DNA of 64,000 bases from Candidatus Peregrinibacteria bacterium (GTDB lineage Bacteria > Patescibacteriota > Gracilibacteria > UM-FILTER-43-11), in assembly GCA_016934215.1 (NCBI GenBank), contig JAFGTE010000033.1:8781-72780 (forward strand), written 5' to 3'. The position numbers were made by a program, and so were the translations under genes. This document shows, piece by piece, positions 17,643 to 30,134 of this stretch (its first letter is position 1; each line of letters begins with the position of its first letter). Under the pieces are notes generated by a model that had not been told where the DNA came from, ran no database searches, and saw only the letters and a list, made by a program, of their open reading frames with translations.

Positions 17643-18758
17643 CTAGAACTCGGGCGCCGGATAATCTTCGTCGTAAAACCACTCATCTTCGTCAAAATTG
17701 TTTTCATAGGTCCCGAATATATCCTCCATTTCTTTGTATTCTATGGGTGCTTTGACGCTATTTTCAATATTAATGTCTCTGAGTTTAAAACGATAATTAA
17801 GTTCGAAATTGTTGAGTGGGCCGGCTTCGCGCAGTTTAAATCTTATAAGAAAATTATCGAGGGTGTCATACAGGGGGTCAACTCTGTAAATACCTGAAAG
17901 GCTGATTTTCCCTAATTCTGTCCGGAGCATTAACTTGTCTTCTGCTCTCATCTCTTCTCCAAAAACATGGGCTACTTCTTCTACCAGATTCAAAATAGCT
18001 CCTTTATTAAGATTAAAGAATTTGAATCCGGTATTCTGGCCGGCAATGATGTCTCTTACTGTAAATAGATTTGAATCCAGCAGCATTTCCAGGCCATCCA
18101 GAAATGGATTTATCTCTTCTTCCGTAAAGTCTTCGTCGGAATCATAAAGGATTAATTCTGAAAGCCCCAAAATAGCTTCTTTTGGGTTTTTTTTCAGTTC
18201 CTCTTCAAAGGCCATGTAAGCTTCCGTATCAATCATTTCCTCACCGTATTCATCCACCGCTAATTCATTTACCGTAGTGTGATACCAGGTTCCCCGATAT
18301 AAATTGACCGTTGCCAAGGCATTTTCCACGTCGACTACGGCAAACGGCAGCGGCTTCATAAGGCCGATATTAAAATTATTTAGTTTGAAATACATATCCT
18401 TTTGATCGCGCATTATCACTTCGCCGTTTGCCTGTACCGTCATTTCTTTAAAAGGAGTGGAATCGCTGACTTCATTATGATTCACGAACTTAATGAAGGC
18501 GCTTATCCGGCTGAAACTATCTTCTTCGAGGCCGGCATCTACAGTGCTGTTAATACTGACCCGAAAGTCAGCACTGAAATGATCTTCCCCCTCTTCAAAT
18601 TCCAGATTTCCGTAGAAAGACTGAATTAATTTATAGTCTTTTAGGTAGCCCCTATTTCCCAGAGCTTCAAAAAAAGGCATGTCAGCGGTGGCCAGCAGAG
18701 AATGACCGGGCAAAATGACAAGCGTGAAGGTTAGTAGCAGTGTCAGTAACTTTTTCAT
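17643..18758 (-). CDS. Secreted hypothetical protein.
   Basis: The N-terminal signal peptide is MKKLLTLLLTFTLVILPGHSLLATA. The protein is acidic and has no known motif. Confidence 0.6.
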   Translation of the reverse strand: MKKLLTLLLTFTLVILPGHSLLATADMPFFEALGNRGYLKDYKLIQSFYGNLEFEEGEDHFSADFRVSINSTVDAGLEEDSFSRISAFIKFVNHNEVSDSTPFKEMTVQANGEVIMRDQKDMYFKLNNFNIGLMKPLPFAVVDVENALATVNLYRGTWYHTTVNELAVDEYGEEMIDTEAYMAFEEELKKNPKEAILGLSELILYDSDEDFTEEEINPFLDGLEMLLDSNLFTVRDIIAGQNTGFKFFNLNKGAILNLVEEVAHVFGEEMRAEDKLMLRTELGKISLSGIYRVDPLYDTLDNFLIRFKLREAGPLNNFELNYRFKLRDINIENSVKAPIEYKEMEDIFGTYENNFDEDEWFYDEDYPAPEF

Positions 18759-18850
18759 GGTGTGATCTTTAGGAAATAAGAGCTTAATCAGTTTACTCCT
18801 TTTCCAAAATCGAATAAAATACTTCTCCTGATGTTAAGACTAAGGACTAA

Positions 18851-19300
18851 GTGAAAAGTGTATTTCAGATCATCGGCAGTCTTCTGATTATTTCGCTACT
18901 AATAGCGCACTTTTTCTTAATTGCTCTTTTAGTGGCACCTACCAATAAGCTACTTGGCTTGCTTATTGAAAATGATCAGGGCTTTGTCTCGGTTACAGAA
19001 ATTTCTGAAGCAGTACAAAGTTTTTTGGTTGATAACAAAGTGAGTGTTAATGGCGATTATCAGTTAAATCAAAGCAATAAAGGAAGATTTATTTTTGGGA
19101 TTCTTCAACTGCGCCGCAAATATTTTATGGAACCTACGGAACAGATTGCCTTGGATGCGAATTTACTCAATTATGGCGGAGGCCTTATTGGTGTTGAATC
19201 GGCTTCAGAGTATTTTTATGGTAAATCACTTTCAGAAATTTCTGATCGGGAGTGGATCACACTGGTGAATTTAAACAGTATCTTCTCAAAAAATAATTAG
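18851..19300 (+). CDS. Membrane-anchored protein resembling the C-terminal part of a GT51 peptidoglycan glycosyltransferase domain; probably degenerate.
   Basis: It has an N-terminal TM segment. LNYGGGLIGVESASEYFYGKSLSEISDREWITLVNL resembles the GT51 motif YLN..YfG.g.yGv..Aa..YFgK....L...E.a.L. The catalytic EDxxFxxHxG and GGSTITQQ motifs are absent. Confidence 0.4.
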   Translation: MKSVFQIIGSLLIISLLIAHFFLIALLVAPTNKLLGLLIENDQGFVSVTEISEAVQSFLVDNKVSVNGDYQLNQSNKGRFIFGILQLRRKYFMEPTEQIALDANLLNYGGGLIGVESASEYFYGKSLSEISDREWITLVNLNSIFSKNN

Positions 19301-19332
19301 CCTTTTTTGTCAATTAATTTTTCTTAGACAAT

Positions 19333-19360
19333 TTGACTATATTGAACAATTGTCTATAAT
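19333..19360 (+). promoter_or_regulatory. Sigma70-like promoter candidate upstream of rpoB.
   Basis: TTGACT (19333-38), a 16-nt spacer and TATAAT (19355-60) are present. The promoter is flanked and overlapped by the 9-bp inverted repeat TAGACAATT (19325-33) / AATTGTCTA (19348-56). Confidence 0.45.
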
Positions 19361-19461
19361 GCATTGGCTAATTTAAGCGCTAACGATTGTGTTGTGGCTG
19401 CTAAGCGTGTGTCCATTAAGGACTTTAGCAAGCCTTTATTTCGCACATATCCTTTTCATCT

Positions 19462-22400
19462 ATGGCTAAAACTAAAACGGCTCCTAAGCTGATCACCAAA
19501 CCAACCAAGGTCATAAGTGGTCGGCATTATTTTACCGAGACGGAAGATAGTTTTAAATTACCCCCCCTGATTGAGATTCAGCTGAATTCTTATCAGTGGT
19601 TTTTGACCGAGGGCTTAAAGGAGCTTTTGCAGGAAATCTCTCCCATTACTGATTTTTCCGGTAAAAAAATGGAACTTCATTTCCTGAGTCATTCCCTTGA
19701 TAAACCCAAACATGATCCCCTTACGGCTAAACGCAAGAATCTGACTTATGAAGCTTCTTTGAAGGCTCATGTTCAGCTTATTAATAAAGAAACAGGGGAA
19801 ATTAAGGAACAGGACATCTTTTTAGGTTCGGTTCCCCTGATGACGGACAAGGGTACCTTTATTATTAATGGTATCGAAAGAGTGGTGGTCAATCAGATCG
19901 TGCGAAGTCCGGGTGTTTTTTACTCTAAAAATCCCGCTGCTCCTCAATTTTTTAATGCAAAAATTATTCCTAAACGTGGTGCCTGGCTGGAACTTGAAAC
20001 AGACAAGAAAGGAGTGATTTCAGTCAAAATTGACCGCAAGCGTAAAATTCCGGTCACTCAGCTTTTACGTATCTTTGGTTATCACAAAGATTCCGAGATG
20101 CTGGATGTGTTTAAAGATGTGAATGTCGACCTCAATAATGATTATGTTCAGAATACCCTTGAAAAAGACGGAGCCCGTAGTGTAGACGATGCTTATCAGT
20201 CTATTTATAAAAAAATCCGGCCGGGTGATCTGGCCACGCCGGAGAATGCGAAACAACTCATCGAAGGTCTTTTCTTCGATTTCAAGCGTTACGACATGGG
20301 TCTCATTGCCCGCTATAAACTTAACAAACGTTTTGGCACCAATATTCCGTCTGATATGAAGCATCGCGTGTTCCAGATTGATGACTTCATTAATATTCTT
20401 AAAGGACTGATTGAGTTGAATAATGGTGAAGGCGAAGAAGATGATATTGATCATCTCTCTAATCGTCGTATTCGTTCGGTGGGTGAGCTTGTTCAGAACA
20501 AATTCCGCATGGGGCTTTTGCGTACCGATCGTATTGCCAAGGACCGTATGACTATTATGGATCTTGAGACGGCAACACCGACTCAGCTTATTAATTGCCG
20601 CCCCATTACGGCAGCTCTCCGTGAGTTTTTTGCCAGTTCACAGCTTTCTCAATTCATGGATCAGACGAATCCTCTTTCTGAGCTGGCTCATAAACGCCGT
20701 ATTTCAGCGATGGGTCCCGGCGGTCTTTCCCGTGAGCGCGCTTCCTTTGACGTACGTGATGTGCACGCTTCTCATTACGGCCGTATTTGTCCAATCGCCA
20801 CGCCGGAAGGTCCAAACATTGGTTTGGTAGTGCATTTGGCTACCTATGGGCGGGTAAACCAGTACGGATTTATTGAGACACCTTATCGGAAAGTACAACA
20901 TTTTAAATCACCGAATGTTACTGAAATCACCGGAATAATTATTGATGAAGAAATTAAAGATGGTCGTAAGATTGTCGCCCGAGTTGGTGACAAGCTTACC
21001 AAAGAACAGGCCGGCAAAGTGTCTAAAATCAAAAAAGCCATCAAAAATACACCGCCTGAAATCATTAAAGAACCGATTATTTCTCAATTGGTCGGTAAAC
21101 TGGCCGCTCAGGATATCAAGATCGGCCGCAAAGTGCTTGTAAAGAAAGGAGAGGAAATTGATGTGGAAGTAGCAAAGCAAATTGTCGCCAGTAAAAAGGT
21201 GATGACAGTTAAAATCCAGAATAAACCTCAGAATCTGGTAAAGGTGAGAGCATTTATTACGGAAGATATTGATTATTACGATGCGGATGCTGAGAGACAT
21301 TTTGTTGTGGCTGAAACCAATGCCGCCATTGATGAGAATGGTCAGTTTGTGAATTCCCGTGTTGCTGCCCGAAGACGCGGTGAACCAAACCTGGTGCATG
21401 TGCGTGATCTCACTCATATGGATATTGCTCCTAAGCAGATTGTTTCGGTGACGACTTCACTTATTCCCTTTTTGGAACACGATGATAATACCCGTGCTTC
21501 TATGGGTTCAAACATGCAGCGTCAGGCCGTTTCTTTGCTTTCTCCTAAAGCTCCGATTGTTGGAACAGGTATGGAAGGGCTGACTGCAGAAAGTTCCGGG
21601 CAGGCAGTATTAGCACGGTCCAATGGGACGGTTAGTTCAGTGGATGCGGATCACATCGTTGTAAAATACAGTGATGGGAAAAAGGAGGAATATCCAATCC
21701 TCAGTTTTCAGCGTTCAAATCAGGCGACTGCCATCAATATGCGTCCTGCGGTAATCAAAGGCCAGAAAGTCAAAAAAGGCGATGTTTTGATTGACGGAGC
21801 GGCGGTTGAACAAGGTGAACTTGCACTTGGCCGAAATCTGCTGGTCGCTTATATGTCCTGGGGCGGTTATAACTATGAAGATGCGATCATTGTTTCGGAC
21901 AGTGTAGCCAAAAAAGGTTTTTATGATTCAGTTCACATTGAATCTTTTTCTGTGGATGTTCGCGATACAAAACTTGGTCCTGAAATTGTGACTCGTGATA
22001 TTCCGAATGTGGGTGAAGCCCGTCTCAAAGATTTGGATGTCGACGGTATTGTTCGCATCGGGGCCACTGTTCACGAAGGAGATATTCTTGTTGGTAAAAT
22101 TACCCCTAAGGGAGAAACTGAATTGACCGCTGAGGAAAGACTTTTGCAGGCTATTTTTGGTGACAAGGCGAAAGATGTAAAAGATACCTCCCTCCGTCTT
22201 CCCGGAGGGGAAGGAGGGAAAGTCGTCGATGTTCAGATTTTCAGTCGCCAGGAGGGGGACGAACTGCCTACGGGTGTCATTCGCCAAATTAAGGTGTACG
22301 TGTCGCAAACCCGTAAGATTCAGGTGGGTGATAAAATGGCCGGCCGTCATGGTAATAAGGGGGTTATTTCAAAAATCGTACCTGAAGAAGACATGCCATT

Positions 22401-23295
22401 TATGGCGGATGGTACCCCGGTCGACATCATTTTAAATCCGCTTGGTGTGTCCAGTCGTATGAATATTGGTCAGATTCTTGAAACCCACCTTGGTTGGGCA
22501 GCTTATGAGCTTGGCATTAAAGTGGCAACACCCGCTCTTAACGGTATGCAACTTGAGCAAATTGCCGTTCTGATGAAAGAAGCAGGGTTACCTGCGGATG
22601 GAAAAATTCAGCTTTATGACGGGCGAACCGGCGAACCGTTTCAGTATCCCACGGTTGTCGGAAGGGTATATATGCTTAAGTTGCTTCACTTGGTTGAAGA
22701 CAAGCTGCATGCACGCAGCGTTGGCCCTTACTCGTTGGTGACTCAGCAGCCGCTCGGTGGTAAAGCACAACATGGTGGGCAGCGATTTGGTGAAATGGAG
22801 GTGTGGGCGCTGGAAGCTTACGGCGCTGCTTACACATTGCAGGAAATGCTTACGGTTAAATCCGATGACGTTGTTGGACGTGCTAAAGCGTATGAAGCCA
22901 TTGTAAAAGGTGAAAGTATAAAAACACCAAGTGTTCCTGAATCTTTTAATGTACTTGTTAAAGAATTAAAGAGTTTGTGTCTCGATGTTGAGCTGCTTAA
23001 ATCGAAGGGGAATGAACTCGAAGAAGTTGAACTCGAAGAAGTCATTGATCATGAACAGGAATCTGAGGCTGTCATTCCTGAAGATGATCGCATCAGTGAT
23101 TTGGATGAAGGACGGGAAGCTGAAGGTGAAGTTCAGGATGAAATTGAAGGGGACAATACGGGAATGAAGGAAGCTGCTGAAGAATTGACGGATGAGCTTA
23201 CTGATGATGAGGGGTCCGATGCCGTTCTGTCTGAAGAAGAGATCGATAAAATGGAAGAAGTTATAGAAGAACGGGAAGATAAATCAAATAAGTAA
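19462..23295 (+). CDS. rpoB: DNA-directed RNA polymerase beta subunit, with a lineage-specific insertion of about 115 aa and an acidic C-terminal tail.
   Basis: Conserved blocks include GTFIINGIERVVVNQ, SQLSQFMDQTNPL, GRICPIATPEGPNIGL, IPFLEHDD, GDKMAGRHGNKGV and GGQRFGEMEVWALEAYGA. Confidence 0.97.
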   Translation: MAKTKTAPKLITKPTKVISGRHYFTETEDSFKLPPLIEIQLNSYQWFLTEGLKELLQEISPITDFSGKKMELHFLSHSLDKPKHDPLTAKRKNLTYEASLKAHVQLINKETGEIKEQDIFLGSVPLMTDKGTFIINGIERVVVNQIVRSPGVFYSKNPAAPQFFNAKIIPKRGAWLELETDKKGVISVKIDRKRKIPVTQLLRIFGYHKDSEMLDVFKDVNVDLNNDYVQNTLEKDGARSVDDAYQSIYKKIRPGDLATPENAKQLIEGLFFDFKRYDMGLIARYKLNKRFGTNIPSDMKHRVFQIDDFINILKGLIELNNGEGEEDDIDHLSNRRIRSVGELVQNKFRMGLLRTDRIAKDRMTIMDLETATPTQLINCRPITAALREFFASSQLSQFMDQTNPLSELAHKRRISAMGPGGLSRERASFDVRDVHASHYGRICPIATPEGPNIGLVVHLATYGRVNQYGFIETPYRKVQHFKSPNVTEITGIIIDEEIKDGRKIVARVGDKLTKEQAGKVSKIKKAIKNTPPEIIKEPIISQLVGKLAAQDIKIGRKVLVKKGEEIDVEVAKQIVASKKVMTVKIQNKPQNLVKVRAFITEDIDYYDADAERHFVVAETNAAIDENGQFVNSRVAARRRGEPNLVHVRDLTHMDIAPKQIVSVTTSLIPFLEHDDNTRASMGSNMQRQAVSLLSPKAPIVGTGMEGLTAESSGQAVLARSNGTVSSVDADHIVVKYSDGKKEEYPILSFQRSNQATAINMRPAVIKGQKVKKGDVLIDGAAVEQGELALGRNLLVAYMSWGGYNYEDAIIVSDSVAKKGFYDSVHIESFSVDVRDTKLGPEIVTRDIPNVGEARLKDLDVDGIVRIGATVHEGDILVGKITPKGETELTAEERLLQAIFGDKAKDVKDTSLRLPGGEGGKVVDVQIFSRQEGDELPTGVIRQIKVYVSQTRKIQVGDKMAGRHGNKGVISKIVPEEDMPFMADGTPVDIILNPLGVSSRMNIGQILETHLGWAAYELGIKVATPALNGMQLEQIAVLMKEAGLPADGKIQLYDGRTGEPFQYPTVVGRVYMLKLLHLVEDKLHARSVGPYSLVTQQPLGGKAQHGGQRFGEMEVWALEAYGAAYTLQEMLTVKSDDVVGRAKAYEAIVKGESIKTPSVPESFNVLVKELKSLCLDVELLKSKGNELEEVELEEVIDHEQESEAVIPEDDRISDLDEGREAEGEVQDEIEGDNTGMKEAAEELTDELTDDEGSDAVLSEEEIDKMEEVIEEREDKSNK

Positions 23296-23304
23296 TTTTT
23301 ATTC

Positions 23305-23733
23305 ATGAGAAGTGTTAATAAAGTCATTTTGGTCGGGAATCTCACGCGGGATCCTGAACTCAAACAGACCACCAGTGGTCAGTCGATCGTCACTTTTGGT
23401 TTAGCTACCAATCGTGAATGGGTGGCAGGTTCCGAAAAAAAGTCGCTTGCTGAATATCATAATATTGCGGCTTGGGGTACTTTGGCCGATATATGCGGTA
23501 AATATCTCAGAAAAGGCAAACTGGTTTATGTGGAAGGCTATCTTAAAACCCGCTCCTGGGATTCTCCCGAGGGAGTAAAGATTTTTCGTACGGAAGTTGT
23601 GGCTACCGATATGATCATGCTTGATAAACGCCCCAAAGCAGATGAGAGTGAAGAATATTCAGTATTTCTGCCCGGTGAAGGCAGTGGTGAAGAACTTCCC
23701 GTAGATGATGCATTTAATCCAACAGAAGAATAA
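23305..23733 (+). CDS. ssb: Single-stranded DNA-binding protein.
   Basis: The OB-fold region reads NKVILVGNLTRDPELKQTTSGQSIVTFGLATNR...YHNIAAWG..A....YLRKGKLVYVEGYLKTRSW. The acidic tail ends DDAFNPTEE. Confidence 0.9.
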   Translation: MRSVNKVILVGNLTRDPELKQTTSGQSIVTFGLATNREWVAGSEKKSLAEYHNIAAWGTLADICGKYLRKGKLVYVEGYLKTRSWDSPEGVKIFRTEVVATDMIMLDKRPKADESEEYSVFLPGEGSGEELPVDDAFNPTEE

Positions 23734-23788
23734 ATAATAAAAAATAAGGATATATCGTCCTTAGTCCTTACTATCTAGTCTTACTATT

Positions 23789-27706
<3,918 letters not shown>

Positions 27707-27763
27707 AGCCATTCTTAGGGCTAAGTAGTAAGGACTAAGAGAGATTTTAATTTCAATCCAATT

Positions 27764-28183
27764 ATGCCAACCATAAATCAATTAGTTAGAAAGGCCAGGC
27801 GTACGCCGAAAAAGAAGAGCAAGGCTCCGGCGCTTCAGTTTACTTTTAATTCACTTAAAAACCGTGCGGTTTTTCTTGACCGGGGGGCGCCTCAGAAACG
27901 GGGGGTTTGCATCAAGGTGACTACCATGACTCCCAAGAAACCGAATTCGGCTTTACGTAAAATTGCCCGTGTGAGGCTGACCAACGGAAAAGAAATAAAT
28001 GCTTATATTATGGGTGAAGGTCATAATCTTCAGGAACATTCTGTTGTTACGATTTATGGAGGCAGAGTGAAGGATTTACCTGGTGTGCCTTATCATATTA
28101 CCCGCGGTGTGCTTGATTGTCAGGGGGTCCAGAAACGAAAACAGGGGCGCAGCCGTTACGGAGCCAAAAAACCTAAAGAATAG
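27764..28183 (+). CDS. rpsL: 30S ribosomal protein S12.
   Basis: [10 protein letters not shown]...[10 protein letters not shown]...GHNLQEHS matches S12. Confidence 0.97.
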   Translation: MPTINQLVRKARRTPKKKSKAPALQFTFNSLKNRAVFLDRGAPQKRGVCIKVTTMTPKKPNSALRKIARVRLTNGKEINAYIMGEGHNLQEHSVVTIYGGRVKDLPGVPYHITRGVLDCQGVQKRKQGRSRYGAKKPKE

Positions 28184-28219
28184 CATTTAATTTCAGATTT
28201 TGAATTTCAAATTTTCATT

Positions 28220-28678
28220 ATGACGAAAACTAAATATATACCAGAGGGATCTACCAAATGGCAGGAAAAATTTATTAACTGCATGATGTTACGTGGTAAA
28301 AAATCTATTTCGCGAAGTATTTTTGGTAACGCTATGAAAATCATGCGTGATCAGGGTATTAAGCATCCTGAAGAGGTTTTTGAAAAAGCGATCCGTAACG
28401 TGATGCCTAATATGGAAGTACGCGCTCGTCGGGTCGGCGGCAGTGTGTATCAGATTCCTGTGGAAGTAAAACCCAAAAGGCAGCTGGCACTTTCTATGCG
28501 CTGGATTATCGGTGCATGTCGCGGCAAAAAAGGTAAGGCTATGGCTGAAAAACTGGCTGCAGAGTTTTTAGAAGCGAGCAAAGAAACTGGTAACGCCTTC
28601 AAAAAACGTGAAGATGTACACCGAATGGCTGCAGCTAATAAAGCTTTTGCGCATTTGGCCCGGTATAGTAAAGGATAG
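28220..28678 (+). CDS. rpsG: 30S ribosomal protein S7.
   Basis: FINCMMLRGKKS...VEVRARRVGGSVYQIPVEV...ANKAFAH matches S7. Confidence 0.95.
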   Translation: MTKTKYIPEGSTKWQEKFINCMMLRGKKSISRSIFGNAMKIMRDQGIKHPEEVFEKAIRNVMPNMEVRARRVGGSVYQIPVEVKPKRQLALSMRWIIGACRGKKGKAMAEKLAAEFLEASKETGNAFKKREDVHRMAAANKAFAHLARYSKG

Positions 28679-28726
28679 ATAATCTTAATTTTATTGGTGG
28701 TAAATCACTTCTGCGTGTCATCACAC

Positions 28727-28981
28727 GCGTATGACTTTTTGCTTGGTTTGTTTCTTTTTCGCACCTTTTTGGAAAGGTGCGCCAAAACACTGGGGCTTTT
28801 TGAAGTGATTCATCTTACTTCCTTGTCCCATCTTTTTCCACGCAAAAAGCCCCAGACCCCGAAGCCTTAATTCATTGTATCACTTCCGTATGTTTCATCT
28901 TGAGCCTGCCAACGCTTTCCGGAAAAGAGGAAAGTTTTCTCGGTGCCAGGAATTCTTAGATATGAGAAAAAAGTCATATGC
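28727..28981. other. Intergenic element with nested helices (candidate structured RNA or DNA element) at the rpsG-side island boundary.
   Basis: The outer pairing is GCGTATGACTTTTT (28727-40) with AAAAAGTCATATGC (28968-81), 14 bp with one G-T. An inner 9-bp hairpin is CGCACCTTT/AAAGGTGCG (28760-81). A 13-bp helix is CTGGGGCTTTTTG (28790-802) / CAAAAAGCCCCAG (28843-55). Confidence 0.3.
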
Positions 28982-29015
28982 GTGCGCTTATAGCGAGAAA
29001 AGAGTAGGATTTTAC

Positions 29016-29044
29016 TTGCTGAGAAGAGCTAAATATGCTAAAAT
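29016..29044 (+). promoter_or_regulatory. Sigma70-like promoter candidate for the SLH-domain gene.
   Basis: TTGCTG (29016-21), a 17-nt spacer and TAAAAT (29039-44) lie about 27 nt upstream of the ATG at 29071. Confidence 0.4.
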
Positions 29045-29070
29045 TTCATCGCAAAAATAAAAAAACAAAC

Positions 29071-30132
29071 ATGCAAACAAAGAAGCGATTAAGTTTTTAT
29101 ATAAAAGGCGTTAGTTCTGTGACTCTGGCGCTGTTTTTGATGCTGAATTTCGTATCTCCTGTTCTGGCTCAGACAGTTGGAACTACTTCTTCCGGAACGC
29201 AGCTTGTGAGTACCGGTTTTAGTGATGTGAACCGCACTCATCCTAATTACACGGCGATTACTTATCTTAGTCAGAAGGGCGTTATTGGAGGATATGCCGA
29301 CGGTACTTTTAAACCTGATAATGCTATTAATCGGGCTGAGGTACTTAAAATCATTTTAAGCGGATCCGGAATCGAAACGGATGAAGCTTTTGGCGCTCAT
29401 TTTCCGGATGTAACTGAAGGTGATTGGTTTGCCCCTTACGTCATGAAGGCGCGGGCTATAGGTTTTGTGAAAGGGAATGATGCGGATGGTACATTTACCC
29501 CGGGGAGACAGGTGAATATGGCAGAATTCTTAAAAATGCTTCTGGTGGCTAATGGTATTGATGTATCAGCTTTTGAGGGCAAACAGGTAGCCTCCAACAT
29601 TCCTCTGGATGCCTGGTACGCTAATTATGTGAACTATGCCGTAGCGCTTGGTATTGCGCCGCGTGACAGCAAAGGTAATGTCGATGCCGCTAAACTTCTG
29701 ACCCGTGGGGAAGTCGTGGATATGATGTATCTGCTTTCCATTATTCAGAATGGCAGTGATACTCAGTTTCTGCTCACCCGGGCAGAATCTGAAATGGCCC
29801 AAATCGAAGTTTATATTGCGGCCAATATGGTGGCGCATGCCAAAAATGCTTCAGACTTGGCAGTGGATCTGACCCAGCAGGCTTACAAAAATATGCCTAC
29901 GAATAATGTTGTTCTCGGTGCCGCTAAAATTGCCCGTGCTTATGACTGGCTCGTGGATTCCTTTATTCTGGGGATTCAGGGGGATAATGAAGGGGCCGCA
30001 AAAGTCGCGAACGATGCCATTGATAAAGCGACGGAAGCCTGGGAAGCCAATAACGCGACTCAACCTATTGCCAAGCATATTAAAGACCGGGCCCGGGAGA
30101 TTTTGCAGCAGGTTGGTGGGGTGGAGACTTAA
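29071..30132 (+). CDS. Secreted protein with three S-layer-homology (SLH) domains and a helical C-terminal region.
   Basis: The signal peptide is MQTKKRLSFYIKGVSSVTLALFLMLNFVSPVLAQ. SLH repeats are FSDV..HPNYTAITYLSQKGVIGGYADGTFKPDNAINRAEVLKII, FPDV..DWFAPYVMKARAIGFVKGN.DGTFTPGRQVNMAEFLKML and DAWYANYVNYAVALGI...LLTRGEVVDMMY. I chose the ATG at 29071 over the track start. Confidence 0.8.
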   Translation: MQTKKRLSFYIKGVSSVTLALFLMLNFVSPVLAQTVGTTSSGTQLVSTGFSDVNRTHPNYTAITYLSQKGVIGGYADGTFKPDNAINRAEVLKIILSGSGIETDEAFGAHFPDVTEGDWFAPYVMKARAIGFVKGNDADGTFTPGRQVNMAEFLKMLLVANGIDVSAFEGKQVASNIPLDAWYANYVNYAVALGIAPRDSKGNVDAAKLLTRGEVVDMMYLLSIIQNGSDTQFLLTRAESEMAQIEVYIAANMVAHAKNASDLAVDLTQQAYKNMPTNNVVLGAAKIARAYDWLVDSFILGIQGDNEGAAKVANDAIDKATEAWEANNATQPIAKHIKDRAREILQQVGGVET

Positions 30133-30134
30133 GT

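Noticed and set aside
28875-29060. A 61-aa + strand ORF lies in the rpsG-SLH spacer.
   Set aside because: It overlaps the predicted SLH-gene promoter and the helix-rich element. It has basic, low-complexity composition and no start context.
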